Positions 28,288-38,697 of a stretch of DNA of 64,000 nucleotides are shown here, piece after piece. Source of the stretch: Pseudomonadota bacterium (lineage in GTDB: Bacteria; Pseudomonadota; Alphaproteobacteria; Reyranellales; Reyranellaceae); contig JAEZIF010000296.1 in the NCBI GenBank assembly GCA_023416135.1, forward strand, positions 10,611-74,610. Reading direction: 5' to 3'. Below the pieces are notes generated by a model. It was not told the DNA's origin. It did no database searches and saw only the letters and a program-made list of their open reading frames with translations. Numbering within the stretch: position 1 is the first letter of the stretch; each line of letters starts with the position of its first letter. A program made the position numbers and the translations under genes.

Positions 28288-29513
28288 CGCGCCGCTGCCG
28301 CAACGCAGCGAGGACGGCCCCGCTCGATTGCGCGGACGTAACTGGCTTCCTGCAGGGGGCCAATGACATCTGAACTGTACGTCGTGCGGGCATGCGCACG
28401 GGCCGTTTCGCCCATGTCGATACGACGCACGGGGTCGGCTAGCATATCGAGGATCGCATCCGCCAAGCCGCGCGGATCGCGCGGCTCGACGAGTCTTCCA
28501 CTGCGACCATCGTCGATGAGCTCGGCCATGCCACTGCCGCCGCTGGCAACTACGCCGCGGCCCGCGGCCATGGCCTCAAGGCACACGAAGCCCACACTCT
28601 CCCAGATGCTCGGGAATACGCAGATGTCTGTGTCACCGAGCAACCGCGGGACCTCGGAATATGGAAGCCCGCCGACAAACTCGACGGCTTCTGCAAAACG
28701 CCCCAACACCCGGCGCATGTGCGCGGCGAGGTCCTCGCCCGTGGTCGGATGGGGAAGGGAGCGGCCAACGAGGCGGAACTTGGCATCGCGCGTGCGCGTC
28801 AGGACGAGCCTCATCGCCTCCGCGAGTTCCATCACACCCTTCCGTGCCTCGAGTCGGCCGAGGTAGGTGATCCGGCGTGTCGCGGTCGCGACAGGAAGAG
28901 CCAGGAGATCTGCCGGGGGATCGAAGACATAGGGCAGATGCACGAGCCGTCCAGGCTCAAGGTTCCAGCGCGATTGAACCAGGTCGAGGATGGCGTGGGA
29001 GGGAGCGACGATCTCGCTCGCAGCCATGGCGTGTTGTCGCTCGGGATCGCCCGCGGGATCGTATCGCCAGTAGGCCCGGGGCAGACGCCCGCGACGCAAG
29101 GCACCCACTACGAAGCGGGTCTTCTGCAAGCCCGACATGTAGCTGTGTTGGATCTCGTCGAGCAAGAAGGTCGGCGTGTGGAGCTTCACTACCAATGGCA
29201 GATCCGGAAACGACCGGGCCAGCTCCATCGCTTCGGCGCCGTACTCCGGTCCCTCGACCACGTCGAACGGGCGAGCAGTGTGGCGCTCAGCGAACAGCGA
29301 AGCCACGGTACGGGGAAAGCATTGCCTCTCGGCTGGAGCGGCATGAACGACGATACCAGGGGGCAGCGCGAGCGGATCGGCCGCCGCGGACGTGAACACC
29401 TCCACCTCATGACCCCGAGCGGCCATCATGGCGGCCGCTCCGCGTGCATAAGTCCCGATTCCTCCGCTGACAGCCGTCCCCGCGAACTCGTAGCTGATGA
29501 GCGCGAGTCTCAC
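28284..29513 (-). CDS. Glycosyltransferase family 4
   Basis: GGIGTY, GRLEARKG, VFPSIWESVGFVCLEAMAAG. Confidence 0.92.
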   Translation of the reverse strand: MRLALISYEFAGTAVSGGIGTYARGAAAMMAARGHEVEVFTSAAADPLALPPGIVVHAAPAERQCFPRTVASLFAERHTARPFDVVEGPEYGAEAMELARSFPDLPLVVKLHTPTFLLDEIQHSYMSGLQKTRFVVGALRRGRLPRAYWRYDPAGDPERQHAMAASEIVAPSHAILDLVQSRWNLEPGRLVHLPYVFDPPADLLALPVATATRRITYLGRLEARKGVMELAEAMRLVLTRTRDAKFRLVGRSLPHPTTGEDLAAHMRRVLGRFAEAVEFVGGLPYSEVPRLLGDTDICVFPSIWESVGFVCLEAMAAGRGVVASGGSGMAELIDDGRSGRLVEPRDPRGLADAILDMLADPVRRIDMGETARAHARTTYSSDVIGPLQEASYVRAIERGRPRCVAAAAR

Positions 29514-30877
29514 TCGTCGAACCGACCACGCGGCTGGTCGCCCCCGGATTCGGATCTTCCGTCTGAATGGGTGCCGGCACCCCCGATGTGCGCATCGCAG
29601 GATCTTACCGAAGTGAACTCAAGAGGTGCGGTCAGCCTCATCGCCAGGGGGCCAACACCATAGTCCTGTCGGAAGTTGAAGGCGATGCCGTCTGGACTGC
29701 AGGTATCAACGGAAAAGCGAATGGCGCTGTCGACCCGATGGTCGACGACGACGTTGGTGAAATACGTCTGCAGATCGATACCATATTCGCCGGCCGCAAG
29801 GTGAAAGGCGTCGAGCGACAGGGTGCATTCGTAGCGCCCTGGTTGCGCCGGCAGCGGGACTTGATTGAAAACGGCCGACGAAAAGAAGGCAAGCGGCAGG
29901 TTGTTCTGGTCGCGCAGGATGACCTCGAGCGACATGCCCCGCATGCCGGTCGTTTCGACCACCACCCGCAAGCGCAGGGCCGTTCCTGGAACGAAGCGTG
30001 TAGTCGGCACGCCCTCTTGATCGACGAGTTCCGCAGAAACCAGAGTCGAACTTTTTCCGCGGCCCCATTGCCGGTCCTGGCTGCCCTTGATCAGCGTCGA
30101 CGTGTAATGAGCCAACCCGGCATCGACCGGGCCATCGAAGATCAGCCGTCCGCCCTGGAGGACGATGCTTCGTCGGGTCAATGCCATCACTGCTGAAAAA
30201 TTGTGGCTGACGAACAGGACGGTTCGCCCGCTGCCTGCGACTTCGGACATGCGGTTCAAGCAACGTGCCTGGAATTCCGCGTCCCCTACGGCGAGCACTT
30301 CGTCGACCACCAGGATTTCCGCCTCCAGATGAGCGGCCACGGCGAAGGCGAGACGGACATACATTCCGACCGAATACCGCTTCACCGGCGTATCGATGAA
30401 CTTGCCGACGCCCGAGAACTCGACGATCTCGTCGAAGCGCCGGCGCATCTCCTGGCGGCTCATGCCGAGAATGGCGCCATTGAGGAAGATGTTCTCGCGC
30501 CCGCTGAGCTCAGGATGGAAACCGGTGCCGACCTCGAGCAGGCTGTTCACGCGGCCGCGAATCTCGACGCGCCCTGTCGTGGGGTCGGTGATGCGCGACA
30601 GGATCTTCAGCAGGGTCGTCTTGCCCGCGCCATTGCTTCCGATGATGCTGACCAGCTCGCCAGGCTTGATCTCGAAATTGAGATCCCGCAGCGCCCAGAA
30701 TTCCTCGAGGTGGTCGCCCGCGTACAGCGGCCTGCCCTTCAGAAGATCCGCTGCGTTGCGCAGCATCGAGCGCGCCGCTCTCGCCACGGCATCGCGCAAC
30801 AGGCCGTCGCGTTCGACCTTGTGGCCGATCACGAACTTCTTGCCGAGATTCTCGACGCGGATCACCGGCTCGGACAT
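29510..30877 (-). CDS. wzt: Polysaccharide ABC transporter ATP-binding protein with Wzt_C domain
   Basis: FWALRDL, GSNGAGKTT, EVGTGFHPELSGRENI, TPVKRYSVGM, ILVVDEVLAVGD, LFVSH; C-terminal extension. Confidence 0.95.
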   Translation of the reverse strand: MSEPVIRVENLGKKFVIGHKVERDGLLRDAVARAARSMLRNAADLLKGRPLYAGDHLEEFWALRDLNFEIKPGELVSIIGSNGAGKTTLLKILSRITDPTTGRVEIRGRVNSLLEVGTGFHPELSGRENIFLNGAILGMSRQEMRRRFDEIVEFSGVGKFIDTPVKRYSVGMYVRLAFAVAAHLEAEILVVDEVLAVGDAEFQARCLNRMSEVAGSGRTVLFVSHNFSAVMALTRRSIVLQGGRLIFDGPVDAGLAHYTSTLIKGSQDRQWGRGKSSTLVSAELVDQEGVPTTRFVPGTALRLRVVVETTGMRGMSLEVILRDQNNLPLAFFSSAVFNQVPLPAQPGRYECTLSLDAFHLAAGEYGIDLQTYFTNVVVDHRVDSAIRFSVDTCSPDGIAFNFRQDYGVGPLAMRLTAPLEFTSVRSCDAHIGGAGTHSDGRSESGGDQPRGRFDE

Positions 30878-30879
30878 TC

Positions 30880-31725
30880 TCAGATAAGGTCCGCAAAGCC
30901 GCGTTCGATGCGGCGGAAGGTGGCGATGCCGAGCCAGAGAAAGCCGGCCGTGACAACCAGGCTGAGTACGAAGCCCGGCAGGTAGATGGGGCTTGCACCA
31001 CCGACGATGCACCACCGGAACCCATCTATGATGCCGACCATGGGGTTCAGGTTATACAGCAGTCGCCATTGCTCGGGCACGATCGTGCTCTCGAAGCCGA
31101 CCGGTGAAACATATAGGCCGAACTGGAGCACGAACGGGATAACGAAGCGAAAGTCGCGATACTTGACGACGATTGCAGCTGCCCATATCGCCGGACCCAG
31201 GCTGGCCAGCAGTGCAAGCAGCACGAAGACAGGAAGAAGCAGGAGCTGCCAGCCGGGGACGATGAGGTACCAGACCATCAGTCCGGCCAGAATCGAGAGG
31301 CTCACCGCGAAATCGATCATCACGACGAGCACGGTCGCAAGTGGAACGATCATCCGCGGGAAGTAGACTTTGCTAATGAGATTGCCATTGGAGATCACGC
31401 TCGACGAGGCTTCGCTGAGAACGGAGGAGAACAGCGTCCACGGAAGCAACCCGCCTATGACCACGATCGCGTAGGGAATCCCGTTGGAGGTCGGCAGCTT
31501 GGCAAGATGGCCGAACACCACTGTAAACACGATCATCGTCAGGAAGGGGCGAACGAACGCCCAAGCGATTCCAATCGCCGTCTGCTTGTACCTGACCGCG
31601 ACATCGCGCCAGGCCAGGATGAACAGAAGTCCGCGGTAGCGCCAGATGTCCTGCCAATATTGACGGTCAGCCCGGCCGGCTTCGAGTACCAAGTGCGTGC
31701 TGGAGAGACGGTCGGCGGAACTCAT
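30880..31725 (-). CDS. wzm: Polysaccharide ABC transporter permease
   Basis: WRDVAVRYKQTAIG, LISKVYFPR, KYRDFRF, LNPMVGIIDGFR, ERGFADLI; alternative start 31746. Confidence 0.95.
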   Translation of the reverse strand: MSSADRLSSTHLVLEAGRADRQYWQDIWRYRGLLFILAWRDVAVRYKQTAIGIAWAFVRPFLTMIVFTVVFGHLAKLPTSNGIPYAIVVIGGLLPWTLFSSVLSEASSSVISNGNLISKVYFPRMIVPLATVLVVMIDFAVSLSILAGLMVWYLIVPGWQLLLLPVFVLLALLASLGPAIWAAAIVVKYRDFRFVIPFVLQFGLYVSPVGFESTIVPEQWRLLYNLNPMVGIIDGFRWCIVGGASPIYLPGFVLSLVVTAGFLWLGIATFRRIERGFADLI

Positions 31726-32228
31726 GCGATCCATTCCACGATACATACCCCATATCAGCCGAGCGAGCGTTTGTTAGCTGAGGCGGATGACAGTCTGGCC
31801 TGGTGGGCGCTCCCGCATCAAAGCCGCCAGGGCGGGAGCTCGACGGTCGCCGGCATGCCCGTTTTGCGTGGGCAGGTTCGGGGACCCTTTGCGAAACCTG
31901 GTAACTTATCTAGTCCGCGCGCCGATGGAGATACGATCGTTCCCGCGACTTGGTCCGAAGCCGGCCCCGTCGACCCAGCTCGACAAGAAAATTGTCATCG
32001 CAGGCGAAGTCGAGTACAGGCAGCGGCTCGGAGACCCGTCGTGGCCTTGCGTCGAAGAGCCGGCAGCTCATTTTCCCCCTATCTACGCGACGCCTGCGGC
32101 CAACCTGCGGGCGCCTGCATGCACAAGATTTCAATGCCATCCTGTTTCGGGCCGCGGCTGCCGGAGCGAGCGAGGTCGACCGTTCAGCCCCGTCGTCGTA
32201 CGCGTAGTCGAAGCCGGGTCAGCACGTT

Positions 32229-33701
32229 GTGAGCGACCGGCCGATGACGAGCGTGGCAGCGACGACGACCGCCAGGACGACCAGGCTCGACCTAGAGTTG
32301 GTCCGTCGGGGCTCCCTGTATCTCGCGATCGCCAATGTTCTCGTCGCGCCGTTTGCTCCCGATCCACTGGCTTACGGGGCGGGGGGGATCGTTCCGTTCG
32401 TCTTGATGACGATCATCGGTCGACCGACCATGCCCAAAGCAATCGTGTTTTTTCTGCTTTGGCAGTGGGGGCAGGTCTTCGCGCGTGCGATCCAATCGGT
32501 GCTGGACGGCGAGTCGATCGGGGCGAGCATCGATGGTGTCGACCTGCTGTACGCCTATTGGTATGCGCTCGCATCCCTGATTACGTTGGCGCTTGCGTTC
32601 CGGCTTGTGCTTGGAAACCTGCCGTCGCCGACGGTCTCGGAATATCATGCCCACGAGCGGTGGCGGCCGCCGGACCTGGTGATGGTGTACTTCGCTGCGA
32701 TCGCGGCGTCGGTGGCGTTCACCTTTTTGGGCCGCTCGGTGCCGGGCGTGGACCAGCCCTTCCAGGCCGCGGCACAGGTGAAGGTCGTCGCCCTGTTCCT
32801 GCTGTGCACCTATGTCTTTACGACCGGCAGGGGACGCGGAGCCCTGCTTGCCGTGATCTTCGTCGAAATTCTGGTCGGATTCACCGGCTTTCTCGCGGAC
32901 TTTCGCGCGGTATTCATCTACGTCGCGGTTGCCGCCCTGGCGGCGCGTATCAAATGGACTGGTGCGACGACGGCAGCAGCGCTTGTTTGGCTGGCAGTCT
33001 TGCTCGTCCTCGCGCTGTTCTGGACGTCCGTCAAGGCCGAATACCGCGACTACGTGACCGGCACCGATGAAACGACTCAGCAGATCAGGGTTCCGCTCGA
33101 TCAGCGGGTGGCCTATCTCGGTGACAAAGCGCTGAACATCGGTGACACGAAGTGGGGCGAGACAGCCTATCTGCTCCTGACGCGCTTTGCCTACATCGAC
33201 ATATTCGGCCAAGTCATCGGCGTCGACAGAGGTACCCACGAGCCAATCGCAGCGAGACAGTGGAAGGACGCTCTCGCCCACGTATTCCAACCACGGTTTC
33301 TCTTCCCGAATAAGCCTGTCCTTTCGGACAGCGAAGTGTTCATACGGCTCGCGCGCTCCGATCCGATGGAGCAGATCCGCCTCGGCACGTCGATCAGCGT
33401 CGGCTACATGGCGGAGAACTACGTCGACCTCGGTTTTCCCGGTATGCTCGCAGGCATCTTTGCGTATGGCCTGATGTTCGCTCTGGTCATTCGATATTTC
33501 ATGACCCGATCGCTTCCCTGGATGCTCAGGGAAGCCATTGTCATGGGGCTTGCCTACAATGTCGCTAGCACCGGGGTCGAAGTGTCGCTGCCGAAGCTCC
33601 TGGGCGCGACGGCGATGTTCTTCCTGGTCTGGTCCCTGATGGCCAAGTTTGCACTTCCGGTCGCCATGCGTTGGCTCGACCGACGTGCAGGCCTGCCCTA
33701 G
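32229..33701 (+). CDS. Polytopic membrane protein, putative Wzy-like polymerase
   Basis: About 10-11 hydrophobic segments, large loop, QPRFLFPNKP, GYMAENYVDLGFPG (Wzy-like late-loop motif). Confidence 0.65.
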   Translation: MSDRPMTSVAATTTARTTRLDLELVRRGSLYLAIANVLVAPFAPDPLAYGAGGIVPFVLMTIIGRPTMPKAIVFFLLWQWGQVFARAIQSVLDGESIGASIDGVDLLYAYWYALASLITLALAFRLVLGNLPSPTVSEYHAHERWRPPDLVMVYFAAIAASVAFTFLGRSVPGVDQPFQAAAQVKVVALFLLCTYVFTTGRGRGALLAVIFVEILVGFTGFLADFRAVFIYVAVAALAARIKWTGATTAAALVWLAVLLVLALFWTSVKAEYRDYVTGTDETTQQIRVPLDQRVAYLGDKALNIGDTKWGETAYLLLTRFAYIDIFGQVIGVDRGTHEPIAARQWKDALAHVFQPRFLFPNKPVLSDSEVFIRLARSDPMEQIRLGTSISVGYMAENYVDLGFPGMLAGIFAYGLMFALVIRYFMTRSLPWMLREAIVMGLAYNVASTGVEVSLPKLLGATAMFFLVWSLMAKFALPVAMRWLDRRAGLP

Positions 33702-33741
33702 AATCGCTGCTGCCAAAGCGTCGAGTCGCGGTGGACGGGCC

Positions 33742-34923
33742 TTGCGCTTACTTCACGTCGTTCCGACCTACCTCCCCGCAGTTCGATACGGTGGTCCAAT
33801 TCGTTCGGTTCACGCGCTGTGTCGTGCCCTGGCGGCCGACGGCCACGACACGCACGTTTTCACGACCAGCGTCGACGGCCCGGGCGACAGCGACGTGCCG
33901 TTGCAGCACCCGGTCGACCGCGAGGGCGTCAAGGTCACCTATTTCCCCAGCGAGCGGCTGCGCCGCCTCTACTGGTCGCCGCCGATGCGCCGCGCGCTCG
34001 CTGCCGCCGTCGGCAGCTTCGATGTTGTGCATCTGCACTCGGTCTATCTCTGGCCGATTTTGGCGGCCGCGCGCGCCGCGCGCGCGCACGACGTGCCTTA
34101 TGTGATATCGCCGCGTGGCATGCTCGTGCCCGAACTGATCCGCCGCAAGAACCGTTGGATCAAGTCTGCGTGGATCGCTCTCGTCGAGCGCGCCAATCTC
34201 GAGCGTGCGGCAGCGGTTCACACGACCTCGTCGGTCGAAGCGAACCACCTCTCAGGCTTCGGCTGGCGGCTGCCGTCGATCGTCACGATCCCGCACGGCG
34301 TCGACGACCCGCCGCCGCCCGCGACGGCAATGCCGTCGGCAGACATTACGGCGGCGGTTGCGAACCGGCCGCTGGCGCTCGCCTTCGGGCGGATCAGCTG
34401 GGAAAAGGGTCTCGATCGCCTGATCGCGGCGCTGCCGCTGGCGCCGGGCGCGCGACTCGTGATCGCGGGTGACGATGCCGACGGCCATGCTGCCGTGCTC
34501 GCTGGCCAGGCGCGTGCCTTGGGCGTTGCCGACCGCGTGGTGATCGTCGCGCGTCATGTCGAAGGTGCCGACAAGGAAGCGCTGTTCGCGGCTGCGCGCG
34601 TGTTCGCGATGACGTCTCTCTCGGAGAATTTTGGTCTCGCCGCGTTCGAGGCGATGCGACGCGGCCTGCCGGTGCTGGCTACGCCCGACGTCGGCATGTC
34701 GGAAATCGTGCGCGAGATCGGCGCGGGCTGCGTCATTGATCCTGCACCCGCCTCGATAGCCGCCGAACTAGCTACCATGATGTCCGACGCGGCCGGCAGT
34801 CGCGCCATGGGCGAAGCCGGTCGCGCTCATGTCGCGGCACATTGCGGCTGGCCGAGCGTTGCCCGTCGCATGGTCGGGCTCTACACGTCGGTGGTGGAGG
34901 GGAAAGGTGTCGGCAGTCGATGA
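33742..34923 (+). CDS. Glycosyltransferase family 4
   Basis: RYGGPIRSV, YVISPRGML, GRISWEKGLD, SLSENFGLAAFEAM; TTG start inferred. Confidence 0.9.
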   Translation: MRLLHVVPTYLPAVRYGGPIRSVHALCRALAADGHDTHVFTTSVDGPGDSDVPLQHPVDREGVKVTYFPSERLRRLYWSPPMRRALAAAVGSFDVVHLHSVYLWPILAAARAARAHDVPYVISPRGMLVPELIRRKNRWIKSAWIALVERANLERAAAVHTTSSVEANHLSGFGWRLPSIVTIPHGVDDPPPPATAMPSADITAAVANRPLALAFGRISWEKGLDRLIAALPLAPGARLVIAGDDADGHAAVLAGQARALGVADRVVIVARHVEGADKEALFAAARVFAMTSLSENFGLAAFEAMRRGLPVLATPDVGMSEIVREIGAGCVIDPAPASIAAELATMMSDAAGSRAMGEAGRAHVAAHCGWPSVARRMVGLYTSVVEGKGVGSR

Positions 34924-36092
34924 TGGAACTGCTGGCTCATAGCCCGTTCGACGTGGCGCGGGAACATCGCATCGTCATCATTGCCGACTGGTTGCCGCCG
35001 GATTTCGGCGCTGTCGGCCAGTACATGCAGTTGCGCGCGCAAGCGCTGGCTGAGCGCGGTCATGACGTGACGCTGATCGGGCTGACCTCGGGTTCAACGT
35101 CGCTGCGCCGCGAGGCGAGGGGCGAGGGCAGGCTGACCGAGCTCAGGCTGCAGGCCAGGCCCGTGCCGCGCGGCTCGTTGCTCGGCCGCCCGGCGTGGAC
35201 GTTCTGGACCGATCTGCGGCTGATCGTGGCGGGCTTCCGCTACCTGCGGGCGGCCCACGGTATCCTGTTCACCGGCTCGCCGCCCTTCATGATCCATCTG
35301 TTGGCGCCGCTGCGGTTTCTGTGGCGCGGACGTCTCGTCTATCGCATCACAGATTTCCATCCTGAATGTCAGATTGCGGCGCAGGCGGGGCCGTCGTTCG
35401 CCCTTTCGCTCTTGCTTGGCCTCACCAACTTCTGGCGGCGCCGCGTCGACTGCTTCGAGGTCCTGGGCCTCGACCAGAAGCGGCGTCTCGTCGCGACCGG
35501 CGTTGCCGGCCAGCGCATAGCCTTGGTCCGCGACGGCTCGCCGGTCGATTTCTCCGCTGTCGAGGCGAGCGAGCCGCTGCCAGCAGGGTTGGCTGGCGCC
35601 TGTGTGCTCCTATACTCCGGCAATTATGGCATTGCGCACGAACTAGACACCGTGGCCGAGGGCTATGTGCGCCATCATCGCAGCGGCAGCGGGCGCGTAC
35701 GCTTGTGGTTGAGCGCGACCGGCATGGGCGCGGAAGAGCTCGATAAGCGTCTTACCGCCCAGGGAGTGCCTTTCCATCGCTCGCCACCGGTGCCGCTTGA
35801 ACGGCTGGCCGGGCTTCTGCGCGCGCCTGACGCTCATCTCGTGACCCTGAAGGATGCCTTCGTCGGCTTTGTCCTGCCGTCGAAGATCTATGCCTGCGTC
35901 GATAGCGGCCGGCCCGTTCTGTTCGTAGGCAGCGCAGACTCCGATGTCGACCTGCTCGCGCGGCCGGCCAGAGCAGGCTATTGGCGCGTCGCGTGCGGAG
36001 ATGTCGTTGGCTTCGCCGACAGTCTTGAAGTTCTTGCTGACCTCGGTACCAAAGCTGCAGGTGGAAACACTTGGACCCGTCACGTCTGGTGA
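34920..36092 (+). CDS. Glycosyltransferase (WbuB/WcaI-like GT4)
   Basis: WLPPDFGAVGQ, ITDFHPE, LYSGNYGIAH, FVLPSKIY, GRPVLFVG. Confidence 0.82.
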   Translation: MMELLAHSPFDVAREHRIVIIADWLPPDFGAVGQYMQLRAQALAERGHDVTLIGLTSGSTSLRREARGEGRLTELRLQARPVPRGSLLGRPAWTFWTDLRLIVAGFRYLRAAHGILFTGSPPFMIHLLAPLRFLWRGRLVYRITDFHPECQIAAQAGPSFALSLLLGLTNFWRRRVDCFEVLGLDQKRRLVATGVAGQRIALVRDGSPVDFSAVEASEPLPAGLAGACVLLYSGNYGIAHELDTVAEGYVRHHRSGSGRVRLWLSATGMGAEELDKRLTAQGVPFHRSPPVPLERLAGLLRAPDAHLVTLKDAFVGFVLPSKIYACVDSGRPVLFVGSADSDVDLLARPARAGYWRVACGDVVGFADSLEVLADLGTKAAGGNTWTRHVW

Positions 36093-36386
36093 AACAAGCA
36101 TCGGCCGGGCGTACGAACGTCTCGTCCCGCTCTTAGTCGCCGAGCGGCGTCAGATGTGGGTCGAAGATATATGGCTTTTGCAGTATTGGACGATTGAAAT
36201 AATTTTCATTTACTGCGTTGACGCTGCAGTTAATTTTGGTATCACTGCGCCCGCCAAGCGTGCGCCTGGCCTGCCAGGACCAGAAGGCAGCGGATAAAAC
36301 GGGCCCACGTCGAGGTGGGTTTCTCTAAGGCGTAACAAACAATGAAAGTCGGCCGCCCCCCTTTCGAAACCGCGAATTTCCCAGTC

Positions 36387-36404
36387 TTGGCGCGCGGCGT
36401 GCAT
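36387..36404 (+). promoter_or_regulatory. Candidate sigma-54 (-24/-12) promoter
   Basis: TTGGCGCGCGGCGTGCAT: GG-N10-GC spacing, 120 nt upstream of the 36524 ATG, after an AT-rich region. Confidence 0.5.
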
Positions 36405-36523
36405 TCCGGTATTTTACCTTCCAGCTTGGCGCAGCTTTTTTTTTCAATTGATCGAGCGCGCCAAGCCGCGCCAACGACCATTTGGAGCTGCAGTTCGCGC
36501 GCCGAGCGGTCGGACGGGGGTAA

Positions 36524-37267
36524 ATGACTAAAATTGCATTCCAGGCGCAGTGTATTGCTGTTGCATTGTTGCTGTGGGCAGCGAATGGACTCCCTCAGGG
36601 AAGCGCCGAGCCTGCCCAGGCGACGCATGATCAGCAGGCACAGGCCGATCGGAACCAGGGACAGCGGCAGATCGGTCCCTTGCAGGGGGCCGGGCCGCTG
36701 CAAGGTGCCGGCCCGCTGCAGGGTGTTGGTCCTGGCGCCGCGGCAGCGCCTGGCAGCAATCAGGGGAGCGGCCAGGGGGGAGATCCGCTTCAGGTCGCGG
36801 GCCCCCTCCAAGGCGGCGGTCCGCTACAAGGCGCCGGCCCCTTGCAGGGTGCGGGTCCGCTGCAGGGTGCCGGCCCGCTACAAAATGCCGGGCCCCTGCA
36901 GAGCGCCGCGCCGTTGGAAGCGATCGTACCCACCGCGCTGTCGGTGCCGAACATGTCCCTCCCGCCAGGGCCGGCCCCCGAAGCGCCACCCGGCCTGGTG
37001 CTGACGCCTGCGCAGCTTGCAACGTTGACGAGCGCCGACCCGACGTCGGTGAACCAACTCCTGTCCCAACTCGTGGGCGGCGGAAACTTGAGCAGCAATG
37101 CACTCTCTGCGCTGGTCGATACGCTGACACCGCCAGCTCAGCCGCCGGTGTCTCCCGCTTCCAATCCGACGCCTACGGTGACGCCGACAGTTCCACCGGC
37201 CGCCTCGCCGTCCTCCAATCCGGCGCCGATTCCGACGAATCCGATCAACTATGTCAGCCGGTCGTAA
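36524..37267 (+). CDS. Secreted low-complexity protein with GAGPLQ hexapeptide repeats and Pro/Ser/Thr-rich tail
   Basis: Signal-peptide-like N-terminus; 11 xGPLQx-type units; repeat variation is largely synonymous in this frame. Confidence 0.8.
   Translation: MTKIAFQAQCIAVALLLWAANGLPQGSAEPAQATHDQQAQADRNQGQRQIGPLQGAGPLQGAGPLQGVGPGAAAAPGSNQGSGQGGDPLQVAGPLQGGGPLQGAGPLQGAGPLQGAGPLQNAGPLQSAAPLEAIVPTALSVPNMSLPPGPAPEAPPGLVLTPAQLATLTSADPTSVNQLLSQLVGGGNLSSNALSALVDTLTPPAQPPVSPASNPTPTVTPTVPPAASPSSNPAPIPTNPINYVSRS
36671..36920 (+). repeat. Degenerate 18-bp coding tandem repeats (blocks of 3 and 8 units)
   Basis: GGNCCNYTNCARGGNGCN units, e.g. ggtccgctacaaggcgcc ggccccttgcagggtgcg ggtccgctgcagggtgcc. 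Confidence 0.9.
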
Positions 37268-37337
37268 CGCCCGCGGATTGGGATACAGCTTCTTCCAGCC
37301 GACGCTTGGTCCGTTGCCGGGATGGTCTGCCAGTTCA

Positions 37338-38693
37338 ATGACGATTCGTGCGTCCCGCGTACAACTGATCTGGTCGCCCTTTGTCGGCTGGGTGCTGATG
37401 TCGTGCGCGGCGTCGGTAGCGCACGCCCAAGTCGAGACACCCTCGCCAGCGAGGCAGACGCTCGATCAGCAGACGCCGCAGCTCGACTTGCCTGACGTGA
37501 CGACATCAGTGCCAGGACCGGGCGCGCGAAGCGACAGCGGCAACGAGCTTGGCGTCAGCGTGGGCGCGTTCACGCTCTTTCCTGATATCTCGCTGATCAC
37601 CGGTTACGACGACAACGTCTTTGCCACGCCGGCTCCAGCCGTCGGCTCACCGTTCGTGGTGGTACGCCCGCAGCTCGAGTTGCGTTCGAATTGGATCCGC
37701 CATGAGGTGCGCCTGTTGGCCTACGGCGGCTTCGGTTTCTATCCCGCCGCGTCGACCCAGAATTACCAGAACTATCTGTTGCAGGCCGACGGCAAGCTCG
37801 ACATTCGCTACGACATGTCCGCGACCGGCCTTGTTGCATTTCGCCGTAGCACTGAGGCGCTCGGCACGGCAAACGTGTCGTTTGCCCAGGCGCCGACCGT
37901 GGCCGATTCGCTGCCGGTCGAGTTGGGATTCAATCATCGCTTCAATCGGCTGTTCTATCAGCTGGCGGTTTCCGCCACGAAGTACTGGTACTACGACTAC
38001 AGCACCATCACCTCCCTGGGCTTGCCGTCGGCCAGCCGTAACCGCACCGAGTACGATGAGAAGCTGCGCGTCGGTTACGAGGTCTCGGACAACCTTTCCC
38101 TGTTCATCGCACCCGGCATCAATCAGCGCGTCTACGTCGACACCGTCAACATTGCGGGCCAACAGCGCGATTCGACCGGGTGGAACGTCAACGCGGGCGC
38201 CACGCTGATCTTGAGTCCCAAGAGCATGCTGGAGGCTTCGGTCGGCACGACCAGCCAGACCTACACCACGGCGGGCACAACGACGTCGGCTTTCACCTTC
38301 AGTCTCGCCGGTACCTGGAACGGCTATGAACCGTTGGTCCTGCGGCCCGCGATCAACCGGACGATCAACGAATCGGCGTTGACCAACTATCAGAATTACG
38401 TTTCGACCGTGGCCGGCATCGACTTCACCTACGACATTCACTACCCGTGGAAGGCGGTTGGCGGCGTGTCCTACAATCAGGCGGACTATACGCCCGTCCC
38501 CGGGCTCGCCGGCGTCAATCCGCGAACCGACACCTTCATCAAGGCGTCGATCGGCCTGCTCTATGAGGTGGCGCCGCAATATTCGATAGGCCCGCTCTAC
38601 GAATACAGCCAGGGTTCAACGACCGACGTGCCGGCTGGAGGGCCGCAATTCTCCCGCAACATGTTCTCCATTCGGCTGGTCGTTAAGCGGTGA
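37338..38693 (+). CDS. Outer membrane beta-barrel protein (BBP2-like, polysaccharide export associated)
   Basis: Signal peptide (AHA-Q), GVSVGAFTLFP, GYDDNVFAT, LRSNWIRH, alternating beta-strands, terminal FSIRLVVKR. Confidence 0.85.
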   Translation: MTIRASRVQLIWSPFVGWVLMSCAASVAHAQVETPSPARQTLDQQTPQLDLPDVTTSVPGPGARSDSGNELGVSVGAFTLFPDISLITGYDDNVFATPAPAVGSPFVVVRPQLELRSNWIRHEVRLLAYGGFGFYPAASTQNYQNYLLQADGKLDIRYDMSATGLVAFRRSTEALGTANVSFAQAPTVADSLPVELGFNHRFNRLFYQLAVSATKYWYYDYSTITSLGLPSASRNRTEYDEKLRVGYEVSDNLSLFIAPGINQRVYVDTVNIAGQQRDSTGWNVNAGATLILSPKSMLEASVGTTSQTYTTAGTTTSAFTFSLAGTWNGYEPLVLRPAINRTINESALTNYQNYVSTVAGIDFTYDIHYPWKAVGGVSYNQADYTPVPGLAGVNPRTDTFIKASIGLLYEVAPQYSIGPLYEYSQGSTTDVPAGGPQFSRNMFSIRLVVKR

Positions 38694-38697
38694 AGTC

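Noticed and set aside
31750..32228. Possible gene remnants (e.g. LHAQDFNAILFR) and the 427-aa ORF 31787-33070
   Set aside because: No recognisable domain; the long ORF is an alternative frame over the Wzy-like gene
36671..36920. Tandem repeats as a CRISPR array or non-coding VNTR
   Set aside because: Units are contiguous 18-mers without spacers and vary at third codon positions; no cas genes
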